This document shows, piece after piece, positions 38,501-49,110 of a stretch of DNA of 64,000 bases. Under the pieces are notes generated by a model that saw only the letters and a list, made by a program, of their open reading frames with translations, did no database searches and was not told the DNA's origin. Position 1 is the first letter of the stretch; every line of letters begins with the position of its first letter. The translations under genes and the position numbers were made by a program. The stretch comes from Octopus sinensis (Eukaryota): contig NC_043000.1 of assembly GCF_006345805.1 (NCBI RefSeq), forward strand, positions 83,514,001 through 83,578,000, given 5' to 3'.

Positions 38501-39811
38501 TTGAAGAAGAAGAAGAAGGAAAGAGAACATACAAGTAGTAGCTTTGATGAATGTAAATATGGAACTGATAGTGAAAAAGATGAACTGAGTCGTGCTTTGT
38601 CTCTTGGAGAAGATTCAAATGAACCTAAAATATTACATGACAGACCAATACCTGATAAAGATGAAGACAGCAGTCAGTTTTTTGACTCACCCAAAACTTT
38701 AGTTGTTGATAAAGAACTTGTGGCAGATAATGAAACTAATTTAGAATGTCAACTTATAGCAGACAATGAAACTAATTTAGAATGTCAGTTCACAGAGGCT
38801 ATTACAGAAGAACTTGAGGCCGTGTCAAGTCATTCTACTCAGCAATTAGATGTAGGTAATGAAGAACTTGTGATAGAGCAGGAATTAACTGCTGCATGTT
38901 CTGAAGATGATCCCAAGGAAGTTGATGAGAATGAAGAACAAGTTGTACCATTGTCCTCATCTGATATTCCATGCCAGTATTTTATGGAAGGCATTTCTGA
39001 AGAACATTTTGTTAATCAAGATTTGGTTTCAGATGTCCAAGAGGAATTGCAAGAACAGCAAAAGTATATCCCCAGTATTGACAGACCAGTTTCAGAAGCT
39101 GAATTAACAACAAATAATGATCAAGAAACTGGATCTTTGTCCTCTTCAGCAACCAGAGAACCAGCTGTCATTATTGGTTCACCTGGTAACCTTAATGAAT
39201 TAGCTGCAAGGACACTTATATCAAGCATGCACACTGATACCAACTGTGAAGAACATTGTCATCTTGGTAAATTAGAAGAATCTGTAATTATTCAAAATGC
39301 ATTTCAACAAGAGAATGATTTTGAGAATAGCAGTAATCGATTGTCAGAGATTGATATCGACCTCAGCTCTCAAAATATAGCATCCATTGTACCCGAGTCT
39401 AGTTCAGCTGTGCTAAGAGATGAAGACAGTTTACCTTATAGTGATCTCCAACAATGTAATAACCAAATGCAAGATGCTCAATCACCAGGTCAATGTGCTC
39501 TTCTTCAGTTGGATGCAGATGATGAAGAATTAGCGTCAAATATTCCTTTAATGGCTGAAGTTCAAAGGAAAGGAATGCCACTTATGGCTGCAACAGAAGC
39601 TTATGAAGAACAGTGTTGGGATGTTGCTTACGAACATTTAACTTCACCCTCTGAGACAGACTCTGCTTCAGCAAATTTGAGCCCAAAGTTTGGTTCTAGG
39701 CAGGTAAATGCAGCTCGTAGTATACAGCCGTTAACCAGATTACAGCTGCGAAGTCTTTATTACAACAATGAACTTGCAGTTAATGAAGAGTTAATTAATA
39801 ATTTTGTACAG
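38501..39811 (+). CDS. EPG5: EPG5 coding exon 2 (437 codons, acidic low-complexity N-terminus)
   Basis: Polypyrimidine tract + CAG acceptor at 38500; open for 1311 nt (LKKKKKE...IQPLTRLQLRSLYYNNEL...NNFVQ), then GTTAGT donor in phase 0. The ORF-track 'M' is really TTG/Leu after the acceptor. Confidence 0.9.
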
Positions 39812-40169
39812 GTTAGTTCCTTCATTTATATATTATTTTGATTTTCATCATCATCACCACCACCACTGTAGAGCATTTTAATTGATTGTGTTTCTGTGTT
39901 ACTATGTGTTGTTAATTGGTTAATGTATAACCATACTTTACTAATGGATTGCCTTGTAACCTATTGAGCTATAGATGAATTGTTGAAGAAAGAGGCTGTG
40001 TCATGTCCCAACAAAGTTAGCCTCATATTTTCAACTGTGATGTTTTTTTTTATCTCGTCTTTCCTTAGAATTTATTTTTGTAGGTGAGTGAATTATTGAT
40101 TTGATTTCAAGAAAGAAATAGTATCAAAAGCAAAACTAAATGACCAGTTTGAAGATAGGAACTATTAAA

Positions 40170-40555
40170 ATTTATCTTAATATGGAGTAGGACTGCTTTT
40201 GGCAGTAATTACAGCTTGAATTCTACGAGGTATGAACTCGTACAAAGTTTGAATTGTTTCCAAACGAATTTTTGTCCATTTTTCAGCTAAAACAGTCTCC
40301 AGTTTCGTAGTGATGATGGTGGAAGATATTGACTCTTCGCTTGTTTTTCTAAAATGCACCATAAATGTTCAATAATATTGAGGTCTGGAGACTGTGGTGG
40401 CCAGATAAGATGTTCAACTTCACTAGAATGTTCCTCATGCCATTCAGTAACAACTTTAGCTGTGTGAATTGGTGCATTATCATGCTGAAAGATTACGTTT
40501 TCCTCCGGAAACGGTTCAGCAACCATAGTATGAATTTGATCAGAGGAAATTAATG
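40170..40555 (-). mobile_element. Tc1-family transposase C-terminal relic (DD34E-type)
   Basis: FQHDNAPIHTAK...WPPQSPDLNIIEHLW...PRRIQAVITAK; interrupted at ~40580 by an RTE 3'UTR copy. Confidence 0.85.
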
Positions 40556-42389
40556 CTAAAGAGAGATTTGAATTACCCTCTAGTAAAGCACCCACTACAC
40601 TCTCGAAGTGGTTGGTGTTAGGAAGGGCATCCACCTGTAGAAACTTTGCCAGATTAGATTGGAGCCTGGTGCAGTCTTCTGGCTTGCCAGCCCTCAGTCA
40701 AACTGTCCAAACTATGGAAAGTGGTTATTAACTTCGTAATAAAGATAATCAATATTAGGTCTGCTTAAGGCGGTGTGTTGGCAGAATCATTACTGTGCTG
40801 GATAAAATGCTCCATGGCATTTTACCGATTTTATATTCTGAGTTCAAATGCCACTGGGGTCAGTTTTGCCTTTCATCCTTTCAAAGCCGAGAAAATATGT
40901 ACGAGTTGAGCACTGGGGTTGACCGAATCGACTTAGTCCCTACACTGAAATTGCTGGCCTTGTGCCAAAATTTGTAACCAAACTGGGTTACCATGGGGTT
41001 AAACATCACCATTGCCACCACCAATAACAACAACATAATCAATATTGCAATTATAGTGCTATACAGCATTTCTGATATGTCTTCTCATAAGTTATTTATT
41101 TATCTGACAGTTATTCAACAGACAATCTAATGTACTTTCCCTGCTATAAAGCAAGCCAAAGATATTTAAGTAAGCTAATTATATATGTATATATATTGTG
41201 TTTGTATTTTGTTATTATCAAGAAAATCATTTGAAAATGTGCCAGATTGGCTGATAGTAACTGTGTGAGTGACATTGTTTCGACATACACTCTGAAATTA
41301 GAGGTGAGAGGCTGTTGTTTGTTTATTTATTCTCTTTAACAATAACAAATAAAAGTTGATGGTATGACAGAAATAACTGAGCAACAGATTTCTATACAAT
41401 AATTTGTTTTAGGCCCCTTTATTAAATGTCTATCCTATAATTTTGTTTTAACTCCCTCTATCTGATGTCTCCACTGTATTTTGTTTTAGCTTCTTTTATT
41501 TAAGCCTTTCGCAGTCAACTTTGCCTTTTATTCCTCTGAAATTAACTATATACCAGTTGTGTACTGAGGTCATCTGTTCCAAAGCAAGTTAATATTTCCC
41601 CTTGTTGTAATATGTTTTTACAAAACATTGAAAACAAGATACACTGCTTGTAAGATGCTGACTCACATTTACAACTATTGCATGATGTCAAGACAAGATA
41701 CAAAGACACACACACATGCACATGTGCATGCATGCATGCATACACACCAATCTTTGTATCATACTTGATGCAGGTATACCATAGATAGCGGAATTACCTG
41801 TAGCATTTGTCTTGATAATATACCTCTAATTGCTAAAAGCATAAAAGTATGTCAGTAACAGATGAAAATTGCCCAGCAGCAGTGGTGTTATTACTAGACG
41901 TACATTTCTTGCATCTTTGAGCTTTTTCAGTAGTAAGTATCCACTGGCACTTGGATGCTAAAACAAAATTCATTGTCAACTGCTATAGAAAAACAATGAT
42001 TGAAAAATCACTGATGTTGCAGTTAGCAGGCCAGCCAAATAAAAATTTGTTTCATGCAACTGAAGCAGTATTAGTTTAAAACAGCAATCTGTGTATTATA
42101 ATTCTATGTCAGTGATGATTGATTCTGTCTTAGCATGTGGTTATCAGTGAATACTTGTGACTGACAAAACCCAAAGAAGCAGAAATGTACATCTAGTATT
42201 TCCACTACTTTTACTGGGTGATTTTTATTGCTGCTGACATGTTTTTGCTTTTTAACTCTGTGCCTCAATAAGATTATCTCAGGATGAATACTGCAATTAA
42301 TTTGGCTTTCCATGATGTATCTGCATTTAGTATGAGATACAGATTGCTATTTTAAACTAATACTGCTTCTGTTGCACATAATGCACACA

Positions 42390-42424
<35 letters not shown>

Positions 42425-43063
42425 GCGCGCACACACACACGCGTGCACACACACACACACACACACATACACTACGGCTGCTTCAGCGGTTGAAACCAAA
42501 CCAAAGAATACTGGAACATGATGCTGCAGTACTTGGACCTGTTGGATTTGCCAAACAGTTCAACTCATGTCAGCATGGAATATAATCATTAACAGATGAT
42601 GATGATGTTACATGATGGGCTTCTTTCAGTTTCCATTTATCAAATCCATTCACAAGAATTTGGCCAGTCTATAGTAGAAAAAAACACTTGCTCAATGTAC
42701 AGTACAGTGGGATTGAGCTCAAAACCACATGGTTGTGAAACAAACTTCTTAACTATAGAGTCAGTGTGATGGGTTTGATTCTTAGTTGAGCACTTTCATT
42801 TCACTTACTTAATACCTTTTAAATCTTGGTTGATTTGCCCTCAACATAATGTATGAAAACTCTATAACTTTGTAATAATAATCAGACATTTTAATTTCAG
42901 GTACATGTGCAACTAGCCCTAACACTAACCCTAACCCTAATTTCTGTAATACAAACTTATTGCATAATCTCTTGTTGATCTTTTATATTGGTTTTGTGAA
43001 TAAATTTTTTAAATATTTTTATTTTAATCATTTATGAGAAATATAACTTTTCTTTTGTTTTAG

Positions 43064-43231
43064 GAAGAATCAAATAACAGCAATCATGAATTTGATGAAA
43101 TTCTTACAAATTATTATCGGGCATGTAAAAAGTTGATAAATGCTGAAAATACAGTACGATTACAGCAAGAAAATCATAAAAAATATCGTAAAGGTTTATG
43201 GCAAACTGTACAGGAACATGTTGTTGTTCAA
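43064..43231 (+). CDS. EPG5: EPG5 coding exon 3
   Basis: TTTTAG|GAA...; EESNNSNHEFDEILTNYYRACKKLINAE...GLWQTVQEHVVVQ|GTAAGT; resembles vertebrate HEFYELLLNYSRCRKQL...LWQFKEEQMSVQ. Confidence 0.92.
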
Positions 43232-44158
43232 GTAAGTTATTACTGATTATGTTGCAAGAATATTTAAATAACTTATATGATCTTCTGTTAAGTAGCAGTG
43301 AAGCTAAGAATTTATAGGTCCAGTTTTTCTTAATGTGTATGTAATTGTGTATATAAAAATATATAATTCTTGTCATTATCAAATAACTGAAATTATTGTC
43401 AAATAGTGTCTTTATTCTGTGACTTGACAATGATCACCAATTTATAAAGAAATGATCAATATCCTACTTGTTTTATGTTGAAACTGGCCAGATCCAGCTT
43501 ATCACACCTACTTTGCAATGACATTCTAAAAATAAACTGTCACGTCATTCAAAGCTATGAGATAATGTATGTATTAATTCATCACAATGTGCATAAATAA
43601 ACATTACATTTAACAGAGTAATATGAATGAAACACAGTAGGAGTTTGTAAAAGGAAGTGTATGTTTTTGGTTCAATCTGAGTGTATACAACATGTAAGTT
43701 TATAGGTTAATGTAGTGCAATATAATAAGCAGAAAGAAAATTATAAAGACTAGAGGTTATAGTATGTTGGTGAGTGACTCTTTATACACATGCATACATT
43801 CAGGTAGACACAGGCTGTATTCATTCAGACACAGGCTGTATTCATACATTCAGGTAGACACAGCTTAATAATATGTTCTTAAATTAATTTTGCTCTATAA
43901 TTATAAATGTTATTGAGATTTAACATGGGAGTCACCAGTGACTCTCCATGCTATATTCTTAATTTATCATGGTGATTCCCAATAGTGATTTTTTACATTT
44001 TTTTGAGCATCACATTACTGTGGTTCAAACTACATTATTGAAATTTTAGGAAATGTATGGAATACATTTTTTTTGTATTTCTCGGGTGGTTTTTGATTAT
44101 GGAGATATGGAATTCATCTGAAGAAGTGAAATTAGGTTCAATATTAGAAGGGTGCAAG

Positions 44159-44369
44159 ACGGCGAGCTGGCAGAAGCGGTAGCACGCTAGGCGAAATGCT
44201 TAGCAGTATTTCATCTGTCTTTACGTTCTGAGTTCAAATTCCGCCGAGGTCAACTTTGACTGTCATACTTTCGGAGTGATAAATTAAGTACCAGTTGTGT
44301 ACTGGGGTTGATCTAATTGACTAGCCCTCCTCCCCTAAAACTTCAGGTCTTGTACCTAGAGTAGAAAAG
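44159..44369 (+). mobile_element. Full-length tRNA-derived SINE with 19-bp TSD
   Basis: GGCGAGCTGGCAGAA...GAGTTCAAATTCCGCC head; flanked by AATATTAGAAGGGT(G/A)CAAG at 44140-44158 and 44370-44388. Confidence 0.85.
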
Positions 44370-44670
44370 AATATTAGAAGGGTACAAGTCATTGTCATCT
44401 CCATCATTAGAGCTCTGCCCTCTATAAAATAATTTTTGTGAAAAAGAAATCATTAAGGTTTATATAATATAATCTGAAATATAATTTGTAAAAAAAGTAA
44501 ATGGAGGTATGAAGTAAGGTGTTATAAGCCCAACAGTTGTTTCTTGGGGCTTGGAGATCCATCAGCTGTCGGACTTATAACACTTATTTCCTCCCTTTTA
44601 AATGGAGGTGTGATGGACATTTTAACATGTGTATTACCAGTGACTCCCATGGTACAGAATGAATATAATA

Positions 44671-46205
44671 CACTGAACTGCAAAAGAAATGCGAGACGTG
44701 TGTGACTGTGAAATATGTTTTAATTTCACTATGTCAGAGATAAATTTTGATAAATCTGATAACGTCAATTTCTTGGATGCACTTTGACCACAGTCTATGG
44801 GTCATTGTCATGTGTTCTGGTAGTGGGCAGATCCAGCACATCGAGATTGTAGGGCGTGACATGTTCAATACCGTGTATGCCCTCACTGGGTGTTCAAAAT
44901 GGCCATACAGTCGGTATATGGAATGCATGAGGTGGTTCACAAAAGCCATTGGCATCTGTGCCCACACCCTGAGGAAAGCTGTCTCCAGTTCTACATGAGT
45001 TGTCGGCCCTGGGACCACCTGGTTCAGCCATCTCTGGATTTTATCCCTCACGTGTTCAATTGGGTTCAAATCTGGGCTGAGAGCCGGCCACGGCATGGTT
45101 CTGATGTTATGCTGATGCAGGAAGTCCATGGTGACCCTGGCCAAGTGTGGGAGGGAGCATTGTCCTGTTGGAACACGTGGCTATAGTGATGTGCACAGAA
45201 GGGCACGATGTGAGGTCATAAGATCTTGTCAATGTAGTGCTGCACTGTGATACCATTCCCTCTGCCTGCAGTAACATTTTGGAACACGCGGGACCCAATT
45301 CTCTAATTCAGGCCTATAACTCCCCAAGCCATGATGCTTTGACCACCCCACGCATCTCTCTCCATGAAACGTGCATCTCTGTAGCATTCACCCCTCCTAT
45401 GCCACACCCTCATTCTGCCATCCAACGTGCAAATGCAGTACTGGCTCTTGTCAGAGAAGACTATCGACCTCCATTGTTGATGCCGCCAATGTCAGTGCTG
45501 TGTAGCCCACTGTAGTTGTGCTTGATGGTGGCAGGTGGTGAGGACAGGCCCTCAAGCAGGATGACAGCAACAGAGGTTGTTGGTGGCCACTCAGTGTCAT
45601 ACCATGTCATCACAGATGGGTCACAGTCCAGTGCTAATGGTCTTGTGAGGTGTCACGCTGTCTGGTCTGAAGCATAAGAGATGTTGCAGGTGAATGAAGT
45701 GGTCCTACCTGAGTGTGGTCACCTGGGGGCGCCCTCTGCAGGCATGGTCTGCGTTGCTGTTGGTGTTGTATTGCTATTGCAGGCAATAGCTGGCGCTGAC
45801 ATGGACATTGTAAACTTTTGCAACAACCAGGGCATGCTGCCTTGCCTACAAATGGCCAATAGCTTGTTCTTTCTGTGCTGCTGACAATTGAGTCATACCT
45901 AATGTATCCAAATTACGAATGCCAGGAATGTGGTTCAAGTTGATTTTTATACCCATAACCATCACGAGATGCACTTGCATTTTGGTTTCCATGACAATTG
46001 TCTGCAGCTGCCACCCATGGCATTCAATACAGCTGCATTTTGGTGTCTCATTTCAGGGAAAGTTGAAAGGTTACCTGCAATTTGGGTCTCAGCCATAAAC
46101 CAGCATGTCTTGGAATATCTACACTCATATCGCCGAAATAAATTTCCAGAATTTACTATATAAAAGTGATATTTGAAAAAATTGCGTTTCTTTTGCGGTT
46201 CAGTG
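44671..46205 (-). mobile_element. Full-length but inactivated Tc1-like DNA transposon (1535 bp)
   Basis: TA|CACTGAACTGCAAAAGAAATGCGA ... TTGCGTTTCTTTTGCGGTTCAGTG|TA TIRs. Transposase motifs: HTH region, WRSIVFSDKS, WPALSPDLNPIEH. Multiple stops and frameshifts. Confidence 0.9.
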
Positions 46206-46419
46206 TATTTATTCTGTACTGCAGAAGTCACCGGTGATATTCCTGTTAATAAATTAGTGAGGTAGCTTATATAGTGAGCTAGAACATATATATGGTTAAA
46301 AAAAATTGCAACAAACAAGAAACACCTCATTTATAACAAAACCAGACTGCAAAATGGACTTGGTAGGCAATGTGTTAAATAACTTTATGAAATAACAGCA
46401 TATGTTTTAACTTTTTAGC

Positions 46420-47100
46420 AGATGTGGCTATGTGGTAAGATGCCTGCTTCCCAACTACATGGTTCCAGGTTCAGTCCCACTGCATGGCACTTTGGGCAAC
46501 TGTCTTCTACGACAGCCTCGGGCTGACCAAAGCTTTGTGAGTGGATTTGGTTGACGGAAACTGAAAGAAGCACATTATATATATATATGCCGGTGGCATG
46601 TAAAAAGCACCATTCGAGCGTAATCGTTACCAGCGTCGCCTTACTAGCACTTGTGCTGGTGTGCAGGTGACATGTAAAAAAAAACACGATTTTTTCGTGG
46701 CCATTGCTAGTACTGCCTGACTGGCCCTCGTGCTAGTGGCACACAAAAGCACCCACTACACTCTCAGAGTGGTTGGCGTTAGGAAGGGTATCCAGCTGTA
46801 GAAACTCTGCCAGATCAAGATTGGAGACTGGTGTAGCCATCTGGTTCGCCAGTCCTCAATCAAATCATCCAACCCACGCTAGCATGGAAAGTGGACATTA
46901 AACGATGATGATGATTTGTATGTATATGTATATATTTGTGTGTGTGTGTGTGTGCCTGTGTTTGTCTCCCAACCATCACTTGACAACCAATGTTTGTGTG
47001 TTTATATCCCTGTAACTTAGCAGTTTGACAAAAGACACCAATAGAATAAGTACTAGGCTTACAAAGAATAAGTCCTGGGGTCAATTTCTTCAACTAAAGG
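46420..47100 (+). mobile_element. CORE-like SINE split at its (TA)n by an RTE 3'UTR copy (~46590-46915)
   Basis: Same architecture as 9117-10080. Confidence 0.75.
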
Positions 47101-48103
47101 CTGCAACAAAATTTAAATGAGACATATGAGTATTAGTGAACACATTCTTTCACAATATTCCTACTGTGCCTCATTCATATTGTTCTGTTAAATGTAATGC
47201 TTATTTAATCGACATTGTTGTGAATTAATCAAGCATTATTTTGTGGCTCTGAAATTTCAGTGTTGTGACTTTATTTTTAAAATGATATTGAAAGGTTGGT
47301 GTGAGAAACTGGATCTGTCCAGTTTGAACATGAACCAGATAGAATCATTTCTTTATAAATAGGTGACCGTTGTGAAATCACTCAATAAAGGCATTACCTG
47401 ACAATAATTCCAATTATTTAATAAAATATAAAAAAATGGCTGTAGTATATAATGTGCTGTCTTGATTAATATAATTTCCAGGGCATTTTAATATTGTTGA
47501 TAGGTAGTAACATTATAGTTTTAATAAAACAAAAAAAAAGCACCTACTTCTGAAATGGAGTGTCAGATTTTTGTCATATGATTTTTTTTTTCTGGAATGT
47601 TAAAACTAAGTAACATTTTCATCATTTACATTTTTCATTTTCATTACTAAATTTTGGTGAGTGTCTAAGTAAATTCTTGGTGACTTAGTTTCACTTCCCA
47701 CTTGCAGTTATTCCACTTCATTTTATTTTGTTAAATCCCCTGAAATACAGATGCACAATTAAAATCCATTGTCCCATCCCTGAAACTTAATAGGGTTCTG
47801 TCTCCATTGGTTGATACTCAAACAGAAAATACATTATATTTATTGTGTTCTATTTTGAGTACAAAACAAATTATCAATCACCTGATATAATCATGCAGCA
47901 GCAGCAGTAGCAGTAGTAGATTGTTTTTTGGCTTTGCTTGAATAGACTTGTAACTTGTAAAATGAATATATGCAACCCACAGACCCCGTAGCATTTTAAA
48001 TCTAGATATTTAGATGGGAAATATTTTTGTACTGAAACACAAATGTTATAAATGACAATAAATTATAAATTATAAATTATAAATAAATTTATTAAGATAA
48101 CGA

Positions 48104-48177
48104 GGCCGGTTAGCTCAGTTGGTTAGAGTGTCGTGCTAATAACACGAATGTTGTGGGTTCGAGCCCCATACTGGCCA
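48104..48177 (+). tRNA. tRNA-Ile (anticodon AAT), intronic, sense to EPG5
   Basis: GGCCGGT/ACTGGCC acceptor stem + A73; D stem GCTC/GAGT; anticodon stem TCGTG-CTAATAA-CACGA; T stem GTGGG-TTCGAGC-CCCAT; intact A and B boxes; TTTTTT terminator at 48183-48188. Confidence 0.85.
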
Positions 48178-48332
48178 ATACGTTTTTTAGGTGTAGGAGT
48201 GGCTTACCAACCACATGGTTCTGGGTTCATTCCCACTGCGTGGTGCCTTGGGCAAGTGTCTTCTGCTATAACCTTGGGCCAACCAAAGCCTTGTGAGTGG
48301 ATTTGGTAGACGGAAACTGAAAGAAGCCCATC

Positions 48333-48383
<51 letters not shown>

Positions 48384-48460
48384 TCAAAATGTGATCGCGT
48401 GTGTACCGTTGGCGATGTTTTTCCTCCGTCTTCCCTTCTTTGGATTTTTCCTTTTCCTAT

Positions 48461-48495
48461 GTTTCTGACGAAGAGCTCCGCTTGAAACGTTAAAC
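48461..48495 (+). ncRNA. Minimal type-I hammerhead ribozyme motif, copy 1
   Basis: GUUU-CUGACGA-A-GAGC(UCC)GCUU-GAAA-CG-UU|AAAC: helix I GUUU/AAAC, helix II 4 bp, palindromic ACGU helix III. Confidence 0.7.
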
Positions 48496-48604
48496 CCTTC
48501 TTCTGCCCTTCTTTCCTGAACGTCCAATAACACTATACTTGTTCCACGTCCTCGTGTTGTATTTTCTCTTTGTGTTTTCATGTTTGGATTAACTTTATAC
48601 ATAT

Positions 48605-48647
<43 letters not shown>

Positions 48648-49075
48648 TTAGAGACAAAACCACTATTATGCAAATCAAACAAAGAAAGACTTAATCCAAT
48701 ACATAAAAAATTTTATATAAATTAAATATAATATAATTATATAATATAATATAATATAATTATATAATATAATATAATATAATATAATTATATTTAATTT
48801 ATATAAAATTTTTTATGTATTGGATTAAGTCTTTCTTTGTTTGATTTGCATAATAGTGGTTTTGTCTCTAATTAATATTATATTTTACTATAAAATTGGA
48901 TTCAATCATAAATCTGATTTTTCCCTGTAAATTTGGATTTATTCCCTAATATTTATTATTATATATATATATATATTATATATATATATATATATGATTC
49001 AAAATGTGATCGCGTGTGTACCGTTGGCGATGTTTTTCCTCCGTCTTCCCTTCTTTGGATTTTTCCTTTTCCTAT

Positions 49076-49110
49076 GTTTCTGACGAAGAGCTCCGCTTGA
49101 AACGTTAAAC
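49076..49110 (+). ncRNA. Minimal type-I hammerhead ribozyme motif, copy 2 (identical)
   Basis: Same 35-nt sequence 615 nt downstream of copy 1. Confidence 0.7.

Noticed and set aside
38501-39841. Stand-alone 446-aa gene starting at TTG
   Set aside because: TTG follows a canonical acceptor, and the last 9 residues are intron read-through past the GTTAGT donor; it is EPG5 exon 2.
42917-42940. Interstitial telomere-like (CCCTAA)4
   Set aside because: Only four imperfect units; too short to imply a fusion or healing event.
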